64,000 bases of DNA from Candidatus Woesearchaeota archaeon (lineage in GTDB: Archaea; Nanobdellota; Nanobdellia; Woesearchaeales; ARS49): NCBI GenBank assembly GCA_038884575.1, contig JAWABQ010000001.1, forward strand, positions 33,730 to 97,729. Direction: 5' to 3'. This document shows, one piece after another, positions 43,892 through 52,933 of the stretch (position 1 is the stretch's first letter; every line of letters starts with the position of its first letter). Position numbers and translations under genes: made by a program. Under the pieces are notes generated by a model. It was not told the origin of the DNA. It was given only the letters and a program-made list of their open reading frames with translations, and made no database searches.

Positions 43892-45129
43892 TTTTTCCTT
43901 GTTCCAAGCGCCTCATGCACTATTGCTGAAATCCAGTGGATGGTGGTGACATATGGCGCAATAAATGTGTAGAGTGCAATGTGGGGCACGTGCCTGAGGA
44001 AGCGTTCATTGAATTCGCGATGCGCCAGGTATGTCAAATAAAGCCCAAGCGCAATCCCCAGCACAATGGGTATTGTGACCTGCACGTTCTGAGCGAGCAG
44101 GAGCTTCTTGAAGCCAGGAAAGTCAAGGATGTAATTGAAAAAATATCCCTTGATTGTCAGGCTCCTGTAAAGCGTCTCGTAAAGGTTGCCAAGAGTGCCA
44201 TATGCCACAAGGGTTACGGTAAGGAGCAAAAGGAAAATGCTGAGCACATTGATTGGCATCTGGAACAAGCCATAAAGCCCGTATGCCTTCTTGAACAACA
44301 GCCTGCGGTATTTCCAGTGGTTGACTGCGAATCCGCGGTACCACCTTATGCGCTGCCTCCACAAGGCAGCCCATCCCTCAGGCACTTTTGTAAACAATAC
44401 TGCCTTTGGGTCCATCTGGACGCCATAGCCGTTTGAGCGGAGCCTCAGGGCGATCTCAAGGTCTTCTGTCAGCCCGCCCTGTGAAAAGCCGCCAACCTTT
44501 TTCAGAACTGAAGTATTAAACATTGACAGCGCGCCGCCAGGGGCTATTGCGAGGGTCCCAAGTGATGACATCATCCTGCGGATAAAATTGCTTATGATGT
44601 ATTCGATACGCTGCATTTTTTCATAAAAGTTCTTTGGCTCATCAACCTTGACCTGGCCTATGACTGCGCCAAGGCCCGGGTCTGAGAAATGCGGGACAAG
44701 GTTGTTAAGAGCCTCGGGATGCACCCTTGTATCGCCATCAAGGCATGTGAAAAGCGCCCCTTTGGCGTGCGCAAGGGCAGTATTGACAGCAGCTGACTTG
44801 CCCATGTTCTTTTTGTGCTTGTAGACTTCAATCAGCATCTGCGGGTACTGTTTCTGCAGCTTCTTTGCCTCTGCAAAAGTCCTGTCAGTGGAGCAATCAT
44901 CAACTATGATTACCTGAAGGAGGCTTTTGGGATAGTTAAGCTCAGACAGCGAGCGGATTGTTTTTGCAATGCAGTTTTCCTTGTTATAGCACGGTAGTGC
45001 AACTGTAACACGCGGCAGTTTCCTGGGCATTGTTCGCCTTGGGATTGGCTCGAAAACTAGCATATTCAGCCATATCAGCGATATCCAGAGGCTTATGAAT
45101 GAAACGCCCCATAATACGTATTGTATCAT
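43885..45129 (-). CDS. processive family-2 glycosyltransferase (PgaC/IcaA/NodC/cellulose-synthase-like)
   Basis: 414 aa with an N-terminal TM, then PCYNKE, DDCSTD, DGDT, TEDLE and the QRIRWYRG (QxxRW) motif, then C-terminal TM helices. Confidence 0.8.
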   Translation of the reverse strand: MIQYVLWGVSFISLWISLIWLNMLVFEPIPRRTMPRKLPRVTVALPCYNKENCIAKTIRSLSELNYPKSLLQVIIVDDCSTDRTFAEAKKLQKQYPQMLIEVYKHKKNMGKSAAVNTALAHAKGALFTCLDGDTRVHPEALNNLVPHFSDPGLGAVIGQVKVDEPKNFYEKMQRIEYIISNFIRRMMSSLGTLAIAPGGALSMFNTSVLKKVGGFSQGGLTEDLEIALRLRSNGYGVQMDPKAVLFTKVPEGWAALWRQRIRWYRGFAVNHWKYRRLLFKKAYGLYGLFQMPINVLSIFLLLLTVTLVAYGTLGNLYETLYRSLTIKGYFFNYILDFPGFKKLLLAQNVQVTIPIVLGIALGLYLTYLAHREFNERFLRHVPHIALYTFIAPYVTTIHWISAIVHEALGTRKKW

Positions 45130-45130
45130 G

Positions 45131-46579
45131 TCACATTTTGGGCAGAATCACTGCCCAAATATCGACGGATGAGGAGTTATATGCTTTTTTAAAGGTTTCG
45201 TTGTTTCTCAGAAGGAAAAGAAGGTCCTGCTCAGGCAAATCCCAGACAAGCCCGTTTTTCATGTCCTCGGTGATGACAATGGCACCTATTTTGTTCTTGA
45301 ACAGAAGCGACCTTGCATTTGTTATGTCCTGAGAGTGCCAGATTGCCTGTGCTGCAGCCCATTTCTGTGCAATTCTTGGCGTTATTGCCGGCCAGCTGTC
45401 AAGGAAAACCTGCCTGCCAGACCAGTACTCAAGCCAAAAGCCATTGTCAGGGTGCGACAGCAGCACGGCATCCTCAGGAAGCACTGCTTTTGCAGCAAGC
45501 GCTGATTCCCTGATATCATTTGATGGCATCCCCCTGGCAAGCGCAAGGCAATGGGCAAGCGTTGAGAACAGCAGGCCGCACACAAGCACAAGCATGGTAA
45601 GCGCCCTTATGTCATCAAATGACCATTTCCTTTGGGCGAGGAATGCAAATGCATATCCTGCAAGGAATGATATGAGCAGGTGGGCAGCGGGAAGCGCAGA
45701 AGGCATTATCAATGCGGCAACAAGCGTGATACCTGCCGCAATCATCACAGCATAATATTTTTTCTTGAACTGCCACAACAGCACAAACCCTATGAATGCA
45801 AGCAGCCATGCAAAGAGGCTCAGCCCGCCTGCACCTCCAAAGTCGCTTATTGCCTGAACCACAGGAACAGGCTTTCCAAAGGGAACCTGCTCGTTGTGCA
45901 GGAATACAGGCAGGGCAACCGCAACAAGCACTATGAATGCGGCAATGCTTGAGCTGACAGCTGCAGCAGGCACCTTTTTGCTCAAAGTGCGCAACAGCAT
46001 CGGCACAACAAATGCAGCTGCTGCAGGGATTATCCCAAATGTTGCGACAAGCCCTGCAATAATTATTGAGATAATAGTAATAATTATGGTTATCCTTGCA
46101 GGACGCTTTTCAGCAGCAGGGGAAAGCAGAAAAACAAGCAGGGAAAGCAAAAAAACCTCAAGAGATGTTTGTGTTGCCTGGGCAAATGTGTTTACAAAAA
46201 AAGGCGAAAGCACAAAGACAAGCATTACAGAAACCGCGGTTGGCCTGGGAAGCTTCCATTTCCTCACAGCTGCAAAAACACACAAAATAGACAGCATCCC
46301 AAGCACCAATGGCAGAATTACTGCTGCAGCACCTACCCCTGCCAGCATTGCTGTCCCTGCAAGCAAAAGGTCAAATGCATTAATTGCATACTTTCTCTCA
46401 GGCACTGCAGGGTCATATGAGGGAATTCCTTCCTTTGCAATTATCCCAGCAATCCTCGCGTGCCCATATCCCTCGCTTCCAGGCATTACAGGCTTGTCAT
46501 TCAGCATCCTTATTGATGCAGGCAGCACCATAAGCAATATTCCGAAGACAATTATTGCAAGCATCAGCAGCCTTTTCAT
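45131..46579 (-). CDS. polytopic membrane protein, divergent STT3/AglB-like (GT-C), paralog of 46576..48081
   Basis: 482 aa with a first-loop motif GSEGYGHAR....GIPSYDP and a C-terminal ...GFWLEYWSGRQVFLDS, which is reminiscent of a degenerate WWDYG...D block. Confidence 0.5.
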   Translation of the reverse strand: MKRLLMLAIIVFGILLMVLPASIRMLNDKPVMPGSEGYGHARIAGIIAKEGIPSYDPAVPERKYAINAFDLLLAGTAMLAGVGAAAVILPLVLGMLSILCVFAAVRKWKLPRPTAVSVMLVFVLSPFFVNTFAQATQTSLEVFLLSLLVFLLSPAAEKRPARITIIITIISIIIAGLVATFGIIPAAAAFVVPMLLRTLSKKVPAAAVSSSIAAFIVLVAVALPVFLHNEQVPFGKPVPVVQAISDFGGAGGLSLFAWLLAFIGFVLLWQFKKKYYAVMIAAGITLVAALIMPSALPAAHLLISFLAGYAFAFLAQRKWSFDDIRALTMLVLVCGLLFSTLAHCLALARGMPSNDIRESALAAKAVLPEDAVLLSHPDNGFWLEYWSGRQVFLDSWPAITPRIAQKWAAAQAIWHSQDITNARSLLFKNKIGAIVITEDMKNGLVWDLPEQDLLFLLRNNETFKKAYNSSSVDIWAVILPKM

Positions 46580-48081
46580 TCAACAACACCAACATGGCAG
46601 TATGGCAGCCTCACAAACACGTCATAGCCGCCTTCTGAAAAAGTCTGAGAAAAGCACTCGCTTCCCTTAACATACCTCAACGTATTGATATGAAACCTTT
46701 TTTTTGTTTGAGGTGAGAGAAGGATGACATTGGCATTGTAACGCTCCATAAGCTCCGCAGCCTCAACCCCAAGCACGGTGCTGTAAATCCGTTCAACATC
46801 ATGAAGGCGCTGCTTTGCATCCTGCTTGTGCAGGAAATGGCTATCAATCACGTTTTTCCTCTGCGCCAGCCCTGCAATCTTATGGCCCTCATCAACATAG
46901 CCAACAACAGCAAATTCAGAGGGCGTCTGGATGCGTATCCATTCATAGGCATTGACGCCTGCAGGACTTAATGCCTCACTCTGGACTGCCCAAGCAGCCT
47001 TCCAGGAAGGCAGGATTGCAGTCAAGGCAAATGCAGCCACAAGCAGGAGCACAAACAAAGGCGCAAATTTGTGCAACCGGGTTGTTGGAATGTATGAAAG
47101 GAAAAAATCAATCCACCTGCTGAACAAGACAAGAAGGAACATGCCAAGCATCATCATTCCCAGCCGCACAGGAATAAGCTTGAACCAGAGCAGGACTGCA
47201 GCAGCAAGCGTGAATGATATGAGGAAGTATGTCATCTTGTGCTTCCTCCTGAAAAGATACCGGTACACAACGAAAATGCCGTAAAGCACAGGCAGGATTC
47301 CAATCTGGTAAATTGCGCTGATAATGGTGACATTTGCGAACTGCAGCGAAAGCAGCGCAGGCGGGATGTTCTGCCAGACGACATTAGGGCCGTAGGCAAG
47401 GATAAAGTTTTTGTAAAGCAAAAATTGGCTCCAAAGCACGAAAAAAACAGAGAACAATGATATTTCAAGCTCTGCGCGCTCCATCTTCATCCGCTCGACA
47501 AGCATAAGGAACATGTAAAAAACCAGGCCAAGGACAAACAAAAGCGCAAGCGGATGCGTGAATGACAGCAGGATGAGCCCTGCAAGGTAAAGGTAGCGCC
47601 ACTTTGGCTCCTGAACCCTCATCAGGGAATAAATCAGGAAGAAGAGAAGCGGTGTTGCAAGCACAACCGGCGAAAGCGTGTTAATCGTGTAGCCAAACCA
47701 CACAGGAACAAAGGCTGAAAATACAGCCGTGAATAATGCAATGCCATTGTTCTTTGTAATCCTGCACACTATGCAGTAGATTATTGGGAGAAGCAGGATG
47801 GCAAGAATGTTCGGAACAACCTTTACAGCAATGCTTACAGGCATGACCAGAGAGCCTGCCGCAACAACATAATGGAAAACTGGGCTAAAAAAGTACTGCC
47901 TGCCTCCCCAGCTCAATGGGTCGTCGTATAATGGCAGGCCTGTATGCCTGATGTGTTCCACCTGGCGAAGGTGGAAATATGCATCGTCACTGCTCAAGCC
48001 AGGGGTGCTGGAAGCAATCCAAAACCGCAGTGCAAATACCAGAATGCATGCAATCGCAAGCAGCCATGCGGTCCATTTCAT
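46576..48081 (-). CDS. polytopic membrane protein, divergent STT3/AglB-like (GT-C)
   Basis: 501 aa with a first-loop motif SSDDAYFHLRQVEHIRHTGLPLYDDP (compare STT3 DPxFNxR). The C-terminal VGYVDEGHKIAGLAQRKNVIDS aligns by eye with the STT3 block WWDYG(Y/H)xI..xAxR..xxDN. A leaderless-type TATA lies 23 nt upstream. Confidence 0.5.
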   Translation of the reverse strand: MKWTAWLLAIACILVFALRFWIASSTPGLSSDDAYFHLRQVEHIRHTGLPLYDDPLSWGGRQYFFSPVFHYVVAAGSLVMPVSIAVKVVPNILAILLLPIIYCIVCRITKNNGIALFTAVFSAFVPVWFGYTINTLSPVVLATPLLFFLIYSLMRVQEPKWRYLYLAGLILLSFTHPLALLFVLGLVFYMFLMLVERMKMERAELEISLFSVFFVLWSQFLLYKNFILAYGPNVVWQNIPPALLSLQFANVTIISAIYQIGILPVLYGIFVVYRYLFRRKHKMTYFLISFTLAAAVLLWFKLIPVRLGMMMLGMFLLVLFSRWIDFFLSYIPTTRLHKFAPLFVLLLVAAFALTAILPSWKAAWAVQSEALSPAGVNAYEWIRIQTPSEFAVVGYVDEGHKIAGLAQRKNVIDSHFLHKQDAKQRLHDVERIYSTVLGVEAAELMERYNANVILLSPQTKKRFHINTLRYVKGSECFSQTFSEGGYDVFVRLPYCHVGVVE

Positions 48082-48154
48082 GAAAAGCTTGAGAACAGGC
48101 GCGTTTATAAAAGCTTCGTAGCAATATTTTTAAACATGCCCAGCGTCAGCATCC

Positions 48155-48829
48155 ATGATGGAGGGCCGGATATCCACTGGAACAGAAGTCCTTGATGACC
48201 TGCTCGAAGGAGGGTATGAAAACGACGCAATCACGACAATTTACGGCCCTGCAGGGGCTGGAAAAACAAATTTGGCACTTCTTGCTGCTGTTTCTACGGC
48301 TTCCAAAGGCAAAAAAGTGATTTACATAGACACAGAAGGCGGCTTTTCTGCTGCAAGGCTCAAGCAGATTGTGGCTAATCCCAAAAAAGTGCTTGAAAAA
48401 ATAATGTTTTTGCGCCCGACTAATTTTGAGGAGCAAAAAAAGGCATTTGCAAAGCTGAAAGGCATTCGCAAGGGAAAAATTGGCCTGATTGTTGTTGATA
48501 CAATAGCCATGCTTTACAGATTGCAGAAAAGCAATGAGGATTTCAAGGAAGTAAACCAGGCATTAAGCAGCCAGATAGGAATACTAAACGAGATTTGCAG
48601 GAAAAACAAGATACCGGTGGTTATCACAAACCAGGTTTATTCTGAATTTGCAACAAACCGTGTAAACATGGTTGGCGGGGATATCCTGAAGTATGGAAGC
48701 AAGTGCCTGTTGGAGCTGCAGCCGCTTGCATCTGGCTGGAGAAAAGTTGTCCTCAGGAAGCACCGCAGCATTGCTGGCGAGAAAGAGGCAATGTTCCAGA
48801 TAGTTGATAAAGGGATTTCTGGGAAGTGA
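48155..48829 (+). CDS. radB: RadB recombinase paralog
   Basis: 224 aa with STGTEVLDDLLEGG, Walker A GPAGAGKTN and Walker B LIVVDT. It lacks the RadA N-terminal HhH domain. Confidence 0.85.
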   Translation: MMEGRISTGTEVLDDLLEGGYENDAITTIYGPAGAGKTNLALLAAVSTASKGKKVIYIDTEGGFSAARLKQIVANPKKVLEKIMFLRPTNFEEQKKAFAKLKGIRKGKIGLIVVDTIAMLYRLQKSNEDFKEVNQALSSQIGILNEICRKNKIPVVITNQVYSEFATNRVNMVGGDILKYGSKCLLELQPLASGWRKVVLRKHRSIAGEKEAMFQIVDKGISGK

Positions 48830-49060
48830 TTATTTCCAGTTCTTGATTAGTTCATAAACAGACCCAAGAACCCATGCAGCATTCAGAATCAGGAATGGAA
48901 TGCTGTTGAGAAAGTATGCGTAATAAGCGAGCAGGGCGCTGCCGATTATGTTTGCTGCGAGGAATGCCTTGTTGTAAGGGTCAATGTGCTCAAAAAGCTC
49001 GAGCAGATAGGCTATGAGTATAATTGCTCCGCCTACTGCTCCAATGATTAACGGCTCCAT
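48830..49060 (-). CDS. small membrane protein
   Basis: 76 aa with 2-3 hydrophobic helices. It starts immediately after the rps2 stop. Confidence 0.45.
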   Translation of the reverse strand: MEPLIIGAVGGAIILIAYLLELFEHIDPYNKAFLAANIIGSALLAYYAYFLNSIPFLILNAAWVLGSVYELIKNWK

Positions 49061-49660
49061 TTATTCCTCAGTAAAGTCCTCAATCGTGAACTTGGGCTCC
49101 TCATCCTTGCCCAGCACGCCCCTGCCGCGCAAATACTCCCTTGCGAGCAGGTAGAACAGCAAGCCAAGTGACTTCTTTCCCTTGTTGTTGCATGGGACAA
49201 TAAAGTCAACCTCATTTGCCTGGTTGTTTGTGTCGCACAATGCTATGACGGGTATTCCGACAAGCATTGCGTCCTTGATTGCATTCCTGTCAGGCCATGC
49301 ATCTGTAACAAGGATAAGCTTCACTTCCATATAGCTCTCGAGCTGCGGGTTTGTCAGGATACCTGGAGGATACCTGCCTGCAAAAACCTTGCACGCAGTG
49401 TTTTTTCCAAATGCCTTGACTGCTTTCCAGCCATTCTCGCGCCTTGAGCAGATAAGAATATCCTGAGGCTCATACTGCGAAAGGATGTTTGCTGCCATCC
49501 TGATGCGCTCGTCAATTTTCTGCAAGTTAAGGACGGAAAGCCCGTCCGGCCTTGTCTTGTAGATGAAAGGCTCCATGTACTTTGTGCGAAACTTTGTGCC
49601 TATGTGTATCCCTGACTTTAGGTAAGTGTCCTGCGGGACAAGGAATTGCGGTTCTGCCAT
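49061..49660 (-). CDS. rps2: 30S ribosomal protein uS2
   Basis: The start at ATG 49660 gives [29 protein letters not shown]..., 199 aa, an archaeal/eukaryotic-type uS2. The ORF-track extension upstream is not conserved-looking. Confidence 0.9.
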   Translation of the reverse strand: MAEPQFLVPQDTYLKSGIHIGTKFRTKYMEPFIYKTRPDGLSVLNLQKIDERIRMAANILSQYEPQDILICSRRENGWKAVKAFGKNTACKVFAGRYPPGILTNPQLESYMEVKLILVTDAWPDRNAIKDAMLVGIPVIALCDTNNQANEVDFIVPCNNKGKKSLGLLFYLLAREYLRGRGVLGKDEEPKFTIEDFTEE

Positions 49661-49793
49661 TTTGTTTTTCTCCGCCACGATTATTTGTTGCCTCACGTGG
49701 CCTTGCGTTGCACCCAGCCGGCGCAAAAGCATTGGCAATATGCCTGATTCCACCTGCAGGATTTATAAAGGTTCGCTTCTTACTCTAATAAAA

Positions 49794-50264
49794 ATGAAAA
49801 AAGAGGAGAAGGAGGCAAAGAAGGCAGAGCCGAAGCCGTCAAAAGAGCCTTTGCAATGGCTTGTTGAGCCGCAGTCAGTCCTTGTCCATCCTCCTGGCGA
49901 GCTTTTCAAGGACTCAATAATATTCGTCATGCTTGCACTTGCAACATTCCTTGTTTCAATTTACCTTTATGCAATCAACTTTATTTTCTTCTTCATCAGG
50001 GTCGGCTCGCTGGCATTGCTTATACTTTCCATGGCAACACTGGTTTATGCGCTGAAAATGGTTGCGCACCTGATACATGGCATTGCAAGGCTGAGAAAAC
50101 CATACAAGCTCGTTATTTTTGTCCTTGTAATAATCGCGGCAGTCCTTGTCGTGATATACAATAATGCAATAATACCGCCAGTTATCCGCTGGCTATGGAA
50201 CCTGCCCTGGGGCAGCCTTAACCCGTTCTCATTCTGGTTCTGGTATCCGCCTTACTGGTGGTAA
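49794..50264 (+). CDS. membrane protein (hypothetical)
   Basis: The start at ATG 49794 (MKKEEKEAKK...) has TATA-like atttataaag about 25 nt upstream. 156 aa with about 4 TM segments. Confidence 0.55.
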   Translation: MKKEEKEAKKAEPKPSKEPLQWLVEPQSVLVHPPGELFKDSIIFVMLALATFLVSIYLYAINFIFFFIRVGSLALLILSMATLVYALKMVAHLIHGIARLRKPYKLVIFVLVIIAAVLVVIYNNAIIPPVIRWLWNLPWGSLNPFSFWFWYPPYWW

Positions 50265-50266
50265 GA

Positions 50267-50791
50267 TTATTGCGCCACAATCTCCATTAATGGCTCGTGC
50301 GTTGCTCCCTTTGGGCTGAGCTGGCTTTTGAAAAGAATAATCTTGTTCACTTCAAATGTCAAAGGCTCAACCTTGATTTTCTTTAATTCGTCCAAGAATT
50401 TCTTTTTGTCCTCCACATATTTCACCCTTGCTATTGTCAGGTGGGCCTGAAAGCGCTTTTCCTTTTGGAATAATTTTTCAAGCACATTATCAGCAAGAAC
50501 ATGCAATTCCTCAAACTTTTCAGAAGGAGTCAGTCCAACCCAGACAACCCTTATGAAGTCCTCAGTAAAAACTCCAATGCCATTAAGCATTGCCTTGAAA
50601 GGCTTGAACCTAAGCTCTGAAAGCTTCTGCTTTATTTCCTCAAGCTTTGTGTCAGGGACATCACCAAGAAATTTTATCGTAAGGTCAATGTTCTTTGGCA
50701 CCGAGACTTTTGCCTCTGGCAGCTGCTTTGCCAATGCATGGATGTAACCAGAAATCTCCTGCGGTATTTCGCAAGATATAAAGAGCCTCAT
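50267..50791 (-). CDS. ligT: 2H-phosphoesterase (LigT/ThpR 2'-5' RNA ligase family) with a non-canonical first motif
   Basis: 174 aa. The second HxT motif is present (AHLTIARV). The first motif reads IDLTIKFLG, with D where H is expected. Confidence 0.7.
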   Translation of the reverse strand: MRLFISCEIPQEISGYIHALAKQLPEAKVSVPKNIDLTIKFLGDVPDTKLEEIKQKLSELRFKPFKAMLNGIGVFTEDFIRVVWVGLTPSEKFEELHVLADNVLEKLFQKEKRFQAHLTIARVKYVEDKKKFLDELKKIKVEPLTFEVNKIILFKSQLSPKGATHEPLMEIVAQ

Positions 50792-50821
50792 GATAATAAA
50801 AAAATAAAATAAAAAACGAGC

Positions 50822-51238
50822 TTACTGCCCGCCTTCTTCCTCACCAAAGCTCTCTGAGTCCTCTGCAGATTCCTCTGCCTCCTCAGGAGCCTCTTCTGCA
50901 GGCGCTTCCTCAGCGCCTTCTTCAGCAGGCGCTTCTGCTGCAGGAGCTGCCTCGCTGCCCTTTCCAACAACTTCTGCAAATCCAACCTTTCGCAGAACTT
51001 TTGTGATGCGGATCCTGACCTTATCGCCCTGCTTTACGCCAGGCACGAACAGAACAAACCCGTCCTTTTTGGCAATTCCGTCTCCTTTTTCGCCGACTGC
51101 CTCGATCGTAACCTCGAGCTCATCACCGACCTTCACAGGGGCTGTGCTTTGCCTGTAGCCTCCCCCATATCCTCCGCCATAGCCACCATCTCCGCCATAG
51201 CCACCTCGATCTCCTCCACGTCCTCTATTTCCATACAT
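50822..51238 (-). CDS. TRAM-domain RNA-binding protein with an N-terminal RGG/GY-rich region and an acidic Ala/Glu/Pro tail
   Basis: I preferred the start at ATG 51238 because GGTGA lies 9 nt upstream. The protein is MYGNRGRGGDRGGYGGDGGYGGGYGGGY..., then the TRAM core VGDELEVTIEAVGEKGDGIAKKDGFVLFVPGVKQGDKVRIRITKV, then ...EAPAEEGAEEAPAEEAPEEAEE.... Confidence 0.75.
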   Translation of the reverse strand: MYGNRGRGGDRGGYGGDGGYGGGYGGGYRQSTAPVKVGDELEVTIEAVGEKGDGIAKKDGFVLFVPGVKQGDKVRIRITKVLRKVGFAEVVGKGSEAAPAAEAPAEEGAEEAPAEEAPEEAEESAEDSESFGEEEGGQ

Positions 51239-51523
51239 TTTTCTTTTCACCTACCAATTCAATCAATCTCGCGGCTTATGCCGCGATAAACACATCCTGT
51301 ATACTGCAGTTTTTAAAAGTTGTGTATTTCGGGTCTGCATTAAGCGAACACTGCTAATTGCGGCCCCTTACAGTCGCGGTGCCAACGATAATTAAAAATC
51401 TTCTTCTATTATTTTCTCCGAACTCGCAAGCCTGAATGAAGTTCGGCTCGCATGAGTGAGGAGCGTCTTATTGCGCCGCAGCGCCTTTTGTAGTTGTTGT
51501 TTTCTGCTGAATAAAAAGAAAAA

Positions 51524-52534
51524 TCAGACATCCTTTATGCCCGAGTCCTCAACGATGAACGTTGCCTCTGTCTCGGCAAGGTTAGGCGCATCAACCATCT
51601 TTGCAACCCTTGTGCCTTTTTTGCCGCGGCGCAAATACACGCGGTAAGTTGAGTTGTGGCCGACAATGTGCCCGCCAATAGCTTCTGTCGGGTCGCCAAA
51701 GAATGTGTCAGGCTTTGCCATCACCTGGTTTGTCACGTAAACAGCAAGGTTGTACTTGTCAGCGAGCTTCATCAGCGCATGCATGTGCTTGTTGATTTTT
51801 TGCTGCCTGTCTGCAAGCGTTCCCCTGCCGATAAACTCTGCCCTGAAGTGGGCTGTCAGGGAATCAACCACGACAAGCTTGACAGGAACGCCCTGCTTTT
51901 TTATCAGGTCCTCAATCTTCTCTGCAAGCAATGCCTGGTGGTCGCTGTTGAAAGCCCTTGCAACCTTGATGTTCTTCAGCACTTCCTCGGGGTCAAGCCC
52001 AAGACCTTTCGCAATCTGCACCACCCTTTCAGGGCGGAAAGTGCTTTCTGTGTCAATGAACACGCAGGCACCATTTGCCCCGCCTTTCTCGACAGGCAAT
52101 TGGCAACGCACTGCAAGGACATGCGCAATCTGAGACTTTCCGGCGCCATACTGGCCATAAGCCTCTGTAATCCCTCCAGTCTCAAAACCGCCGCCCATAA
52201 GCTTGTCCAATTCCTTGCTGCCTGTGGTAATCCTGATGCACTGCTCACGCTTCTTGAGCACATCAGTTCCTGAAAGGAATTCCATTTCAAGGTTTGAACG
52301 CGCAATAGCAATGACTTTCTTTGCAGTGGCCTCGCTCATCTCTGTTGCGCCAACAAGCTCCCCTGGCGTGGCTACAGCAATGCTCATAAGGTCAGTGAAT
52401 CCTGCTGCCTCAAGCTTCTCAATAGTTGCAGGACCTATGCCCGGCAGGTCTGAAACAGACTGCACTTTCTTTTGGGTGACCTTTGGCCCGTTCTCATCCA
52501 TCTCGATTTCCACCACTTGCGTCATTTTAAGCAC
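51524..52534 (-). CDS. radA: RadA recombinase
   Basis: 336 aa with an N-terminal HhH ([18 protein letters not shown]), Walker [10 protein letters not shown] and Walker B LVVVDS. GAGGTG lies upstream. Confidence 0.95.
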   Translation of the reverse strand: MLKMTQVVEIEMDENGPKVTQKKVQSVSDLPGIGPATIEKLEAAGFTDLMSIAVATPGELVGATEMSEATAKKVIAIARSNLEMEFLSGTDVLKKREQCIRITTGSKELDKLMGGGFETGGITEAYGQYGAGKSQIAHVLAVRCQLPVEKGGANGACVFIDTESTFRPERVVQIAKGLGLDPEEVLKNIKVARAFNSDHQALLAEKIEDLIKKQGVPVKLVVVDSLTAHFRAEFIGRGTLADRQQKINKHMHALMKLADKYNLAVYVTNQVMAKPDTFFGDPTEAIGGHIVGHNSTYRVYLRRGKKGTRVAKMVDAPNLAETEATFIVEDSGIKDV

Positions 52535-52606
52535 CTCGTTTTATATGATTTTCCATCCAAAACCCGGATAATTTCCGGATGTAAAAATAAAAAAAATGAA
52601 AAATGA

Positions 52607-52933
52607 TTATTCCACAACAACCTCTTCTGCCTGTGCGCCATTCAGCGTAAGATACTTGTAGGCTTCCTGGATGACCAAAGCAGCCTTTGGAAGGTCCTGC
52701 AGCCTCATTGAGCCTGCACTCTTCCAGTTTCCTGCCTGGTCCTTGTAGCTGCGCTCAAGGGAGATAGTATGGTAGGAGAAGCTCTCTCCTGTTGCGCGCT
52801 GGCGGTCATTTTTCCAGATTGTGGCGCACACAGCCCCTGCCCTGAACTTTTTCTCAGGCCCCTTTGACTCAGAAGGCACATGAGGCAGCCCTGTGCTCGT
52901 CTGGCCGCTCTGGCCCATTTGTATTGCTTGCAT
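52607..52933 (-). CDS. small hypothetical protein (possible PC4-like ssDNA-binding fold; weak)
   Basis: 108 aa with ...KFRAGAVCATIWKNDRQRATGESFSYHTISLERSYKDQAGNWKSAGSMRLQDLPKAALVIQEAYKYL. An SD-like AAGAGGT lies upstream. It sits between radA and the RPA-like gene. Confidence 0.5.
   Translation of the reverse strand: MQAIQMGQSGQTSTGLPHVPSESKGPEKKFRAGAVCATIWKNDRQRATGESFSYHTISLERSYKDQAGNWKSAGSMRLQDLPKAALVIQEAYKYLTLNGAQAEEVVVE

Noticed and set aside
45894-46670. A 258-aa plus-strand ORF across the junction of the two STT3-like membrane genes.
   Set aside because: It is antisense to two well-supported polytopic membrane genes. The translation is low-complexity (Ala/Thr/Ser/Ile runs) and mirrors the hydrophobic codons of the true frame.
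51452-51512. A possible C/D-box sRNA (ATGAGTGA ... CTGA, about 59 nt).
   Set aside because: The C box is imperfect (AUGAGUGA). No internal C'/D' boxes or terminal stem could be found. I kept only the general note on the hairpin-rich spacer.
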